Assembly (NCBI RefSeq): GCF_963921235.1 | Contig: NC_086097.1 | Span: 58,220,001-58,284,000 of the forward strand | Direction of reading: 5' to 3' | Origin: Mobula hypostoma | Lineage: Eukaryota | DNA: 64,000 bases | Shown: piece after piece, positions 1 to 12,800 of the stretch | How the letters are laid out: every line of letters begins with the position of its first letter | Position numbering within the stretch: the stretch's first letter is position 1 | The notes under the pieces: generated by a model | The model's database searches: none | The model's input: only the letters and a program-made list of their open reading frames with translations | What the model was told of the DNA's origin: nothing | Program-made: the position numbers and the translations under genes

Positions 1-756
1 ACCCAACCCCCTCCCTGCAAAAAAGAGCAGTGCCAACAGCACCAAACCCCAACCCCCTCTCCCACACACAAAAACCAACAAGAGCACCAGAGTCCAAATC
101 CCCAACCCATCCCTTGCACAAAAAACAACACATCACCTACCCGGAACCCCAACCCACCAATCAGCAACAAGAAAGGGAACACAGAAGGCTGAAGGAGACC
201 AATATAAACTACAGACAAATAGTCACATAAATTGTAGAATTTTGAAAACATCCTCTCGCCAGAACTGAGGAGAGTGGCCACTCAAACTCAGATCTTCCAC
301 GAAGAGCGACCGCAGCCTTCCGAACGCCGCCAGCTTGGCTACCAACCACCATCAACCTGTGGCTTCCATGGAGAGCGACTCCACATTCAACTAGATGCCT
401 CAATCTTCCTCAATGCTTCAAAATGGAGTCACTCATGGCCCCGAACCCCGTTTCTGGTCCTTCTGCATGAGGCAGTCCGTGCTTGTAGCTGTCCGGGCAC
501 TGCAGAGCGCCAATACAGGTGTTCCCCACTTTTCGAATATTCACTTTACGAAACCTCACTGTTATGAAAGACCTACATTAGTACCCTGTTTTCGCTTTCA
601 AAAGGTGTTTTCACTGTTACGAAAAAAAGCGCACGCGAAAAAATCAGCTCGTGATAAAAGGCAGTGCACGCCCCGAGCAGCTGCTCTCCCCCGGATTCGG
701 GACTGCAATCTCGCCGACATTGCTTAAACACATGCCTGTGAGCAGCCATTTGCAAG

Positions 757-1372
757 ATGAGTTCTAAGGTATCGGAAAAGCCTGAAAGAGCTCGTAAGGG
801 TGTTACACTTAGCGTAAAACTAGACATAATTAAGCGTTTCGATCGTGGTGGACGAAGTAAGGACTAAGTGAGTTTGGCTTGTGGAAGCTGATGAACATGA
901 TGTTGAAGAGATTTTGGCGTCCCATGACCAAGAACTGATAGATGAAGAGCTGATGCAATTGGAAGAGGAAAGGATAACAACTGAAACTGAATACAGTAGC
1001 GAACAGACCGAAAGTGAATTCGTCCAGGAACTGAACGTGAAGCAACTGCGTGAGATTTTCACTGCAATGATAAAGTATGACTTTAATTTTGAAAGGGTAC
1101 GTCGGTTTAGGGGATATTTGCAGGATGGTTTGAGTCCTTACAGAGAACTGTATGATAGAAAAATGCACGAGGCTCAGCAGTCAAGCAAGCCTTCCGCATC
1201 AGCCACAGCAGACGATGAACCTCGACCTTCGACATCGAGGCAGGCAGTCATAGGAGAAGATGAGCTGCCTGCTCTAATGGAAACAGACGACGAGATGACA
1301 CCCCATTGTCCCACCACCCCACGATTCGCAGAGAATGCAACGGTAGCCGGGACGCACACAGCACATCTTTAA
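757..1372 (+). pseudogene. Tigger transposase remnant: CENP-B-type N-terminal HTH start joined to the acidic C-terminal segment, DDE domain missing
   Basis: 757-867 reads MSSKVSEKPERARKGVTLSVKLDIIKRFDRGGRSKD*. 881-1372 reads EADEHDVEEILASHDQELIDEELMQLEEE..., which resembles Tigger C-termini. No catalytic domain lies between them. Confidence 0.75.
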
Positions 1373-1494
1373 GAAAAAAGCCAAAATAAACATGCTAACT
1401 AATTAGGTGCCGCCCGACACGTAATTAATTAGCATGTTTATTTTGGCTTTTTTCTTAAAGATGTGCTGTGTGCCTCCCGGCTACCGCTGCATTC
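1333..1494. repeat. Long inverted repeat (73-bp arms, 16-nt loop) inside the Tigger element
   Basis: 1333-1405 is the reverse complement of 1422-1494 with 3 mismatches; loop ggtgccgcccgacacg. Confidence 0.95.
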
Positions 1495-3096
1495 CTGCAT
1501 GCTTCGTGGTTCGGTATCTGTCGGTGGCCTGGAGGGTGGGACCACTGCACCATCCCAACCTGTGACGACTCAGTCTAACACACCCTCATCAGTGTGCTCG
1601 GCGCTGAACCAATTCCGGTAAGTGATACTACACTGTACATACATTATTTCTACTTTATATTGGCTATGTATTTTTACGTGTTATTTGGTATGATTTGGCA
1701 GCTTCATAGCTTAAAGGTTACTGGAGAGCACTTGCGCCGTGTTTTTGCCAACAGCGCTTGCGTGAGATTTTCTGCCGACGGCGCTTGCGTGAGATTTTTG
1801 CTACGGAGAGCAGTGCAGTAATGATTGTGGAAAAGTATTTCTACTTTATATAGGCTGTGTATTTATCATATCATTCCTGCTTTTATGACATGTTACTGTC
1901 ATTTTAGGTTTTATGTGTTATTTGGCATGATTTGGTAGGTTATTTTTGGCTCTGCGAACGCTCACAAAATTTTCCCATATAAGTAAATGGTAATTGCTTC
2001 TTTGCTTTACGACATTTCGGCTTATGAACTGTTTCATAGGAACGCTCTACCTTCGGATGGCGGGGGAAACCTGTATACTGAATATACTGTGTACCTTTAT
2101 TGTTTTATAAATATCAAATCTATTTTCATGAAATGCTCTTACACACGGATAAAATCACTTTTTGAAGTAAACTTATTGTGCCTTCTCTGCTGTAGCTTTC
2201 ACAGTTTGTCTCCTAAATTCTGAAACAGCTCTATTTGCATTGACCTGTTTCTCGATCTTTATTTGCAGCATTGCAATGTGAGATTTTAGTAAGCTAATGA
2301 TTTGGTCAAGTGGAAGGTATTTCATCTGATAAGCAGTGCAGCACTTAGAGCATTTAGTGATAGCTATACTGCATTCCAAACCTAATTATTTTGTGCCTAT
2401 CTTCTCTACTGAGCAACAACATTTTGCTATCTGCACTTGACTATAAAATGTTATCCACAAGGCTATTTTTAACTCAACTTAAGTATCAGTAAAAAAATGG
2501 ATGCCAGACATCACAATGAAGTGTATGACCTGTTAATTTTTCAATAAAGAAATAAGTTCAACATAGCTGCTGATAATAAATAACCCCATTAGACTATACC
2601 CGCATTGTAACATAATATCCATATTCAGCAAATAAAATGATCATTTCTTTTGACAAATACTCTTGCAGTTCATCATGTCACCTGAAGTTCTGTAAGTAGA
2701 ACTTCTGTAAGTATATTAGAACTATTATTAAATAAGTAAAGCTGTCTTCCAGGCTACTCTTCTGAAGCTGTTTTAAAAATTTGACATACATGCTTGTATA
2801 CATTCTTGATGCATTCTGAGTGACTCATTTCCTGAGTCAGTGGATTATTTTGATCTGTTTCCTGACCTGTGTTGCGGGCAGATGGAAAGAATGGCAGGTA
2901 TCGAGTGCTGATTATAATCTGTTCAAGTCCTAACTATATATTAGGAAAGTGACAATGATTTGCATCTATAGTAGTTGCATTTGTTTGGATAGTCACTGAA
3001 GGTATATGCCCAACAGACTTGGATGTAATGACACTGGGGAAATTCCCTTCTATGTAACTTGTGTGTATATGTGTGTAGGTACATATGAACATCTAT

Positions 3097-3118
3097 ACAC
3101 ACACACACACACACACAC
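3097..3118. repeat. (CA)n microsatellite
   Basis: Seen directly; flanked by TG-rich runs. Confidence 0.9.
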
Positions 3119-3228
3119 GCATATTTGTGTGTGTTTGTATATGGTAATAGAGCAGATAAAGTGGAGGGGAGTGATAATAGGCAAACATGCCATAGTGTAT
3201 TTTTATGTCACAAGTCAGGGACCATGGT

Positions 3229-3784
3229 TTCAAAGGTAAATTTAATGTTGGAGAAATGTATGCAATACACATCCTGAAATTCTTTTTCTTCACAACCATC
3301 CATGAAAACAGAGCACTGCCTCAAAGAATGAATGACAGTTAAATGTTAGAACCCCAAAGCCCCCCCCAGCTCCCGACTCCCACGCGTAAGCAGCAACAAG
3401 GCAATGACCCCCCCACCAGCAAAAAGAGCATCAGCACCCCCGCCACCAAGCACTCAAGCGTGCAGCAAAGCATCAATAAAAACACAGACTTGCAATACCC
3501 TAAAGACCAATCATTCACCCAGTAATTTGACATACCATAGGCTCTCTCTTTCCCTAATACGGGAAAAAGAGGTGTCCCGGTTTCACAGTGAGAGGGGAGA
3601 CATAACAAACAACTCACTAATTTACGATGTTAAAAGTCTGTTGCAACGCTTTTTCCAAACTCTGTGCCCAAAGAACTCGGGCCTCTGGGCACACAGCCAG
3701 CTTGCTGCCTTCAATCTTTTGTGTACTCCCATGACACACCAGATTCCTGCGGAGGCACCGACCTCGAGTCTGCCTGCCTCCAGA
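3229..3784 (-). mobile_element. Unclassified interspersed repeat, resembles the 3' non-coding part of a non-LTR element
   Basis: Begins with a ttcaaaggtaaatttaat tail-type sequence like the reverse-strand LINE tails elsewhere in the window. C/A-rich, with no recognisable protein. Confidence 0.3.
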
Positions 3785-4102
3785 GCGGTAACTCAATGTT
3801 TAGCATATGGCTTTACATTGCCTATGATCACTGGTTGGGGTTCACTTCCCACCTCTCCCTGTAAGAAGCTTGTACGTTCTCCTGTGACTGTGTGGATTTC
3901 CTCCAGGTGCTCTGGTTTCCTCCCACGTTCCACAGACATGTTTAATGTGCGTGAGCTGTCAGCATGCTATACTGGTGGCAGAAGCAAGGCAACACCTGCG
4001 TGCTATCCAGTATAATCCTCGATGATTTGAATTGATGCAAATGATACATTTTGCTGTATGTTTTGATCTACATGTGACAAATGAAGCTAATCTTTAATCT
4101 TT
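3785..4102 (+). mobile_element. tRNA-derived V-SINE (HE1-like)
   Basis: Degenerate A/B boxes (ggggttcacttcc), central V-domain-like gtacgttctcctgtgactgtgtggatttcctccaggtgctctggtttcctcccac, and a taatcttt repeat tail. Confidence 0.75.
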
Positions 4103-4599
4103 TGTTAAAGTAGATCTTGTGAAGTGGAAGTTCAGTTACCTGCTGGATGCACCTTGTCCCTTTGCTGCCAGGTTTCTTGAAGATGAGAAAACTTACCCAG
4201 CCTGGATTCAATTTTAGAAAGAAGATTAAATTTGAGTTATGTTGCCCATGTGACAGGTTTGAGTCTTGTCATGTTTTGACATTCTACGCAATGCAAACAC
4301 AAAGCCACTTCTTTTATGGGTATTACAAAGGCTCTTGTTGTTTCAGATTCGTGACCCTTGCACTATAAAATATTGTTGCTGTAAAATATATGCCAGTCCA
4401 CAGAACAGAAAAGAAGAGAGAGAAGGGAAAGATAAAATTGCTGTGTACAGTGAAAGGCTGGACAAATTGAGCCAGAAGGATAAAGGGGTAGGGCAAAAGA
4501 TCTTGGGAATGGGACAAGTAAAAGAACAAAAAAGTGGTTCTGGAAGAACTGCAGCTAACACTCTCAGATTCATCACTGAAGAACAGGGACAGTTACTAT

Positions 4600-4800
4600 G
4601 ATCCAGAATTGTTCATCTCTGTTAAGTCTGGGAAGTTATGAAATGCCCAATCAAATGACAGGAGCTGTTCCTTGAGCTTTGGCTGAACCTCATTGGAATA
4701 GTGTAGGCAGGCGACAGGGAGATCAGAGTGGGCTGCAGAATTAACTAATGACAGGTCAATGCTAACACAAGGTCACATTTGCACATAGAATACAGATAAC
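4600..4800 (-). mobile_element. Old Penelope GIY-YIG-region fragment
   Basis: Loose similarity (gctgttccttgagctttggctgaacctcattggaatagtgtaggcagg) to 16220-16300 of the Penelope element in this window. Confidence 0.35.
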
Positions 4801-5652
4801 TTAAATAACTAAACTTTCTAAATAAAGACTAAGCTTTAACACCCTGTGGAAATTTTCACTGAGCATGCTTGTTCCGCTGCTTCCACACTGGCTTAAAGAA
4901 AATGCAATGTAATCTCCTCCAACATTTATACATTTAAATGTTTGTGTGTGTGTACTGTATATATTACATTTAAAATATATAAATGTAGAAAACAGTGGAG
5001 ATATATATCATAATTTAAAATTTTACTGCCTAACTGTTTATTCAGCAAATTTCTGAATTGCCCACCTCTGGAAGTAGACAATATTGAGCAAGAGACTAGC
5101 ACAAATCAAAATGCATAACACAATGTAGAGGCAAATGTTGGAGCAATTCAGCACCCAATATGATGTCTGCTGAACAAAAGGTCATCCGATATGTGATGGC
5201 TGTCGGCGGGGGGGGGGGGGTGCAATCCTCTGGGCATCACCTCAATAAATATCAGCAGAGGAATGCCAGCAAGTCAGGAGCTGAGGTAACAGCCCAACAG
5301 ACCTTTTGCTGATGGCTAAAACTATGCCACCGGGCAGTTGAAGCTATCTTATGGCAATTAGTGCCATTCAATACTAATTGTGTTCTTGTACAACTTCATG
5401 TTTAACTTATCTTTCTCTTGTGAATGTTGTGTCTCTGGTGCTGCTACTGCCGGTAAGCTTTTTTCACACTGGTGCATATGACAATAAACCCGATTTTGAC
5501 TTTGAACACCTGGCTCTCTGCTTACCTGGCTCTGAGAAAGCAATTTACCAGAGTCGTCCAAGTACCAGTATTATGATGATGGTGGTGTCTTGGCTGTTTG
5601 GTGAATTGGGTTATGATGGCCCACATGATTTTCTGCATGTCGGTGCTGTATT

Positions 5653-6288
5653 TTAGCGCTAATTTCAAGAGGACTAGGGTATAAAAACAAGGAAGTAATG
5701 CTGAAGCTTTATAAGGCACCTGGTGAGCCCTCACTTGGAGTATTGTGAACAGTTCTGGGCCCCATATCTAAGAAAGGATGTGCTGATATTGGAGAGGGTT
5801 TGGAGAAGGTTCACGAGAATGATTCTGGGAATGAAAGGTTTGTCGTATGAGAAGCGATTGTTTGCTCTGGGCCTATACTCACTGTAATTTAGAAGAATTG
5901 GGAGGAGGGATCTCATTGAAACCTATCAAATGTTGAAAGGCCTAAAGAGTATGTCTGTGGAGAGGATGTTTCCTATGGTGGGGTGAGTCTACGACCAGAG
6001 GGCACCGCCTTTGAATAGAGGGATGCCCATTTAGAATGGAGATATTAAGAAATTACTTTAGCCAGATAGTGAGGAATGTGTGGAATTCGTTGCCACAGGC
6101 AGCTGTGAAGGTCAGGTCACAGGATGTATTTAAGACAGAGGTTGAAAGGTTCTTGATTAGTTAGGGCATGAAAGGTTATGAGGAGAAAGCAGGAGAACGG
6201 GGTTAAGAGGGAAATGGATCAGCCATGATGAAATGGTGGAGCAGATTCAATGGGCTGAATGGCCTAATTCTGCTCCTGTGTCTTGTGT
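5653..6288 (+). mobile_element. CR1 LINE, 5'-truncated 3' fragment
   Basis: ORF2 C-terminal remnant (PHLEYCEQFWAPYLRKD) and CR1 3' end ggctgaatggcctaattctgctcct; homologous to 28570-29212. Confidence 0.9.
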
Positions 6289-8399
6289 CATATTTTGAAA
6301 AGGTGACACACTGAAATTTGGGTGATTCTGAAATTGGGGTTAGAATAATATTCTTCAATGGTCTATCGTTTAGCAACAGAAGGCATACAGCTAATGTAAA
6401 ATCTTGTCACCTCTGTCTGCACTATGTCCTTGGGGAGAGAGGACTGATTCCGAGCATTCCCTATGATGGATGATCCACTTGGAAGCCCTTTAATGTTCCT
6501 CATCTTCATTGAATCAGGTCAGTAAAGAGGACACACTGTGAACGTTATCAGTACAAGTAATGTGCTAAAAATAAATGGAAGTTACAATTGGCGCAAAATC
6601 GTGGCATCAAGAAAGCAGTGAAGACACGCAACAGAAATAGCCTGCAAATGTTACCTAAACCTTAACACCTGAACACTCACCTATGGTCACCTGTATATCT
6701 GGAAGAAATGTGACCCAATATGATGATCCGGTGATGATATTGAAAGCATTATTTTAGCAACTTTGCATCAAAACCAAATGATAGTGTAAATTTGCAACTG
6801 TAAGTTAACTACACCTTTCCCTGGCCTCCTAACATGGGGCCATTGATGCAGTTTTTCCACCCCCACCCCGCCACATCTTTGTTTCACACTTGCTCCCCGA
6901 GCAGTCAAACATGATGTGACATCACCGGAAATATCCCCTCAGTAAAGAAAGTAAACAAATAATGAGGAATAGATTGAGAAAGGGATGAGGTATGGTTCAT
7001 ATTCTTAACCTATTTTGCTGCAAAATTTTGTCCTAATAAAACTTGGCGCTTCAACAAATTGTGGTTAAGATTTGACTGCATTACATTGATTCCAATGTTG
7101 TGTAATTTCCTATAAATGTAATGTTTTTAATAACAATAGACTTATCCATGACAACTTCACTATCTTGTATTTCATTGATGGGTCATGTGGTTTGCATACT
7201 CCTAGACTGTCTACAATATGCGCACAATCTCAAAAATTCTATATCTTGGAAATCTAGCTTGGAAAGAAAAAACACTCAAGACATGATTAATTCACAGATC
7301 CCTGCCACAAAACACTTCCATATCCCACAAGTTATCCAGTAGGCATAGTTCAATACCCATTTAGATTTTCACTTCACCATTGTTACACAATTAATTCTGT
7401 CATTCTATCCTATTTCTTGTTGTTGCTGTGTACTGTTTTAATTCTTTGCTCTCGTATGAATAGTGTATATCACCCAGGAATAGTAACTGCTTTGAAATAA
7501 GCAGCTGCAGTAAAACTTGTTGATTCTGCTATTAACACCTCCTCCAGTAATCGAGCAAGGTGTGCCAACTAACAGCAGAACCTGGACAACATCCAGCCTT
7601 TGAGTGAAATATGGGAGGTAATCATGGCAAACTTCTCAGTAGGGGTAGGCCTGGCAATTTCCTCTTGATTTTCTGGTGTAATTGGTAAATGGGTTTATTA
7701 CTGTCATTCTCTACCATCAGCTAGGTGGAGGTCACCAGTGACCAGAAGGTTAGCTGGACCAATTGTTTCAACATCCTGGCTATTGTGAGACAGTCACGGG
7801 TACTATGCAATACTCTAACCCCTCATTCTGGCTTCAGGAGTGGAAGAGTGAACTACTTCAATTGTCTTGGTGGCCATTGAATTTTGATTCTGTGAGATGG
7901 CCAGAACAGTTAGTTGTTGACCCATGACATCCATGCTGGTCTCTGGTTCACTGAGTATTCTCAACAGATGAATCTCAGCCTGTGCTCTCCTAATCTCTGC
8001 TTTTAGTGAGATTGCAGGAGAACTGGTAAAAAAAAAACAAAAAGGAGGCAAATGTAAAGTTTGGGAAATTGAATTTGAACAGGTTCCTTGAGGAATAAAA
8101 TGGAAGCGGGTGAGAAACATGGAATATTGAACAAATGATCAGCAATAATCAAAATGAATAAACACAGTGTGGAGGCAAGTAATCTGGAGGGCTGAAAGGG
8201 GAAATGCTCTGGGTGAGTAGGTTTGCAGGGAATCCCAGGGCATTATAGATATAGATTTAAAACAAAAGCTAATCACCAGGGAGAAACTAGAGCCACTGAA
8301 AGATAAAGGGGGAGATTTAAGCCTGGAACCGGATGAAGGGATGAGTACTAAATCAGGGAGAAGGACATAGAGGATAGTGAAATCAGACAAGGGTTCCCT

Positions 8400-9830
8400 T
8401 TAAATGCATTAAGGGAATAAGTCCCCAAGCCATTAGGGTCTATCCCAGATTATTGAGAGACAAGATTGCTGGGATCTTGACAAACATTACTTTATCACAT
8501 TTAACCATAAATGATGTCCAAGGGGACTGAAGGTTAACAAATGTTATTTGCTTCTTTGAGAAGGATGGTAGAAACAAACTAGAATATTACAGGTTGATGA
8601 TCCTTGCATAAATGGTGAGGAAATTATTGGAGAAGATTCTTAGGGAAAAGGTCTACTTATTTCTGGAAAAGCATGGATTTGTTGGGGATAGTTAGCATGG
8701 CTTTGTGTAGGAGAGGTCATGTATTACAAACTTGACAGAAATTTTTGAGGAGCTGACACAAGAGATTGAGGGTAGGGTAATAGCTTTTGTTCATGAATTT
8801 TAGTAACTGTTTCAACAAGGTTCCACCTTGTAGGCTGATCAAAAACTTTAAGGCACATGGGATAAGGGGAAACTTGGTAGACTGGATTCAAAGTTATCTC
8901 GGGCATGGAAGACAGAGGGTGATGCTGTGGGCATATTTCTCTGACCGGAGGTCTCTGACCAGAGATATTCTATAGGAATCGCTGTTGGGTCTTTGGTGAT
9001 ATATACAGTGATTAGGACAAAAATGTAGGATAAGTTTTCAAATGACACAAACATTGATGAAATTGTAGATAGTGGGGAAGTTTGTCAAAAAATTCAGCAG
9101 TGTATTGACCAGTGGGAAATGTGGGCAGAGAAATGGCATACGGAGGCTAGTCTGGACATACATGTTGCACTTTAGAAGGTTAAGTGTAAAAGGGAAGTAT
9201 ATAGTAAGTGGCTGGACCTTTAGAAACATTGAAGTGCAGAGGCACCTTGGGGTGCAAGCCCATAGCTCCCTAAACTTAGCAGCATAAATAGATAGTGTGG
9301 TAAAGGAGACATGTGTTATATTCGGCTTATTGATACAATGTTGAGTATGAAAGTTGTCTTTCAGCTGTATAGACATGTTGAGTATTGTGTTAAGTTCAAA
9401 TCATCACATTACTGCAAGGATGTACAGGTTTTGGAAAGGTTGCAGAGAGGTTCACAAGGATATTGTCTGGATTAGAGAACTACAAGAAGAAGTTGGCCAA
9501 ACTTGAATTGTTTTCTCTATAGCTTTGGAGACCTGATGAAATTGGAGGTAAAGATGGGGTAGTCAGTCTATTTCCCAGGGTGGAAATGTCAAATATTAGA
9601 GGGCATAGACTTTCAAGGTGAAATGGGCAAGTTTGAAGATGATTTGTAAGGAAGGGTTTTTTTAATTAAGAGGGTGGTAGGTGCCTGGAACATGCTTGAT
9701 AGGGGAAGCAGAAATAATAGCAATGTTTAGGAGACATTTATACAGACTATGATCCGGCAGGGGATGGACTGAGGTAAATTATGTGCGGGTAGATCATGGC
9801 AAGGCAGTGTGCTTAGCTCCGTGCTCTACT
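8400..9830 (+). mobile_element. CR1 LINE, degraded RT region and 3' end
   Basis: Remnants of HGFV..RSC.TNL, FNKVP, RHLGVQAHSSL and RGH..K motifs with many stops. Confidence 0.8.
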
Positions 9831-12800
9831 CACTTTACCGTTAAAACTTTGCAGCTAAGCACAGCTCCAATGCCATATTTAATTTTGCTAACACCACTAT
9901 CATAGATTGAATCTGTAGCTGTGATCCATCAGCATGTAGCTGTCATAGCTTGGTGCTAACAGAGACCAGATAATTTGTAATATTCAGAGCCCACAGATGC
10001 CTTCATTCATTTAGATTTTGTGAGTTTGGTCTTCCTGACCCTGTTAATAATATTTACTGAATTTCTATCCTTATTCTCCCAAGGACGATAACATGAAAAA
10101 TTAGGGTTTGGGACTCTGCGTTTGCAATATGAGAGCTGGATTTACAAGTGTAAACATCTGATGTAAAGAACAGCATTGTTAAACCCATGTTCAGTATTAA
10201 TATGGTAATTCACCTCTGGAAGGTGATGAAGTAAGAAATACTACTATGATGTTAAGGTAACGAAATTAAAACAGATAATGTTGGGAATATTTAAAAGGTC
10301 ATACAGCAGTTGTAGAGAAGGATACAGTAACTTTCAAAATCATAGATTGTTCATCAATATTAGGCTTTAATGCCTTAGCTTAAATGGAATATTCAGATTT
10401 GGAAATATTTTGCTGGACTAAAATAGAAGGAGATTAGATATCTGGGTCATTGAAGTTGACTTGAAACTATTTCCTGCCTGATACTTGCATCCAAAACAAG
10501 GATAACAATACAAAAGTATTTAAAATATTCTGTTGCATTCCATGATCTATAACACAATGTTTACAAAGAATTTTTAGAATTTTTTAAAATCCTTGAGCTT
10601 CTTTCCATCATCAACCACAAATGTTTTACCTTGGAAAGTTTTTCAAATAGCTATTTGCTCAAAGGCACTAGTATTTAGGAGGCAGTGGCTGGAACTGTAG
10701 TGAACAAAAAGCACGGGCTTGTGGGAGAGTTTCATGATCAGGCCTGAGATACTGTCTGGTGGTTGGATAGAATGTCAGTGCTGGTATTCAGCAATGGGAT
10801 GCTAGTTGGGTGGGGAGAGAAGAGAAGGAAGCAAGAGATTGTGGACCTAGGCCCAGACATAAGAGAGCTGGGAGGTCATGAGGGAAGGTTGTGGAGGATA
10901 TGTTCAAGTTTATTTTCATTTTCATAGGCATATATATCCAAGCTATAAATACCATGAAAATTAGTTTTTGCAGCAGCAGGGCAGTATATTATAAACATGA
11001 AAATAAATTTTCATAAACTAAAGAGAGATCATATTCTGATGGGGGAGGAGATCAAAAATGGTAGCTTTGCTAGGTGGATTATAGGAGACATTTGAGCTTC
11101 TCCAGGCCCAAAAGTAATGCTGAGAAGGGACTTAATGGGGACATCCACTTGCTCTTTCCTCGCATCATCTATCTGTACTGGGCATATTAAACTTGAAACT
11201 ATATTCGATGCAAAAACACTTCTGTAAAGAACATTAAATGCACAGCCTGTATTTGTGCAGTAATTAAATTCCTGCTTTGGGTGTGTAGGTCATTCAAAGG
11301 CATTCAGGTATCACTGGCTTACATCCAGATGTGACTGTGTTGAAGCAGGCTGCAGTTACAATTATCTACTCGTCTGCCCACTATTCACTCCTTTTTGGAT
11401 ATAAATTCTGTATCCTTCTATATCACCCAAAATGTTCTTTTTAATAATGGGATTTCATAGACACAATTTGATGAAATTACCAAGTTTATCTAATAGTTGT
11501 GAAGTGTTTAATGCTGAAAATACATCCCTCCATTTATATTAATTTTTCAAAAATTAGGAGAAGAGTTTTTGTACAACATTGTACAGGTGAATTTATAAAC
11601 CTTTATGAGAAATATTTTAAGCTCTTAGGAAGCTATTGGTGCATTAGAAGGAGAACAATGGTTTTGAAATAAAGCTGCTTTGAATTTAATATCATGATTT
11701 TATGTTCCAACTGATTAAGCCTTGAACAAATAGCTGATTTCTCTCCAGTCTTTCATCAACACAAAGCAAATATTTTTTTAACATTCTTCAAGAAGAGAAC
11801 TTTGTCATTAAAACTAAATGCACAATCAATAATTTCATGGGCAACAATTTCCTTTTTATTTCATTAGAATATATTGATTAGAATAACGAACATATTTGGG
11901 GAGTTGCTCGGAATAGTTCCAGACAATGTGAGGGACCTAAATTAATCTCAACAGTATGAAATGACAGAGCATCAATAACATTGATGACCATCTCATCGCA
12001 ACCCAATTCCCTTAGACTTTTTGGTTTAGTCATGCTTATTTTGAAGGAGCATCATAAACTTAACAGTTTGTTACTTTTTCTGAAAATACTAGATTTTACA
12101 GAAAAAAAGAGGTTACATCATATTTTTAATTCCGTTGGAAGAACAGTGTTATTTGCAGATGCTTTTTTTCATTTTGGGCATTTGAGTCGAATTTCCTGTT
12201 TACTTACAAGAGAAAGGTACTGTAAGACATTTTGAATCTGGAACACACTGGCTAATGGAAGAAAGCATCCCAGAGATGCAATCACTGTAGAAAGCATTGC
12301 CTGATATGACCAGCAATCTTTTGTTATTATAGTCTGGATGAGTGATTTCATGTTTTTACACAAAGATGACCGAGATCTCTCAGTGTTACACAGAAGTCTC
12401 TCAGGAGAATGCTGTTCTTTATACGTTACTTCTACAGAGATGATGTCATGGCTTTATTGCTCATTGAGTTCTTGCAGATCATCTCAAGGGTTTAGTTTCC
12501 ATGAACTGTGCAAGATAAAGGTTTGAATGATTCATTTCACATTAGCCATTGAAGATTAATGTGGGAGTATAAGAAAAGGATGTAATGCTTATAAAAAAAG
12601 TCACAAACAATGGTTAATTTGCTGTACAAAACCATGGTTAATTTACTATACATATTTCTAGCAACTTGCCCTTTCTCATTTTCATGTCATACTTTCCTCC
12701 TTCAGATGTGTCTGTGTTATTCACTTTGACATTTCCACCGATCTCACCAGAGATTGGAAGATCTCCTTTCTGGCTTCCACCTTTACTGAAAGGTATGACC

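Larger units (their letters stand above)
516..2073 (+). mobile_element. Tigger/pogo-like DNA transposon, internally deleted (non-autonomous)
   Basis: TA flanks at 514-515 and 2074-2075. Imperfect TIRs: caggtgttccccacttttcgaa vs reverse complement of right end caggtttcccccgccatccgaa. Internal remnants of the transposase N- and C-termini. Confidence 0.85.

Noticed and set aside
1..513. C/A-rich segment with short ORFs
   Set aside because: Probably part of a repeat cut by the window edge; no family or product could be assigned.
3404..4015. 203-aa ORF
   Set aside because: Runs across an unclassified repeat and a SINE; no recognisable protein features.
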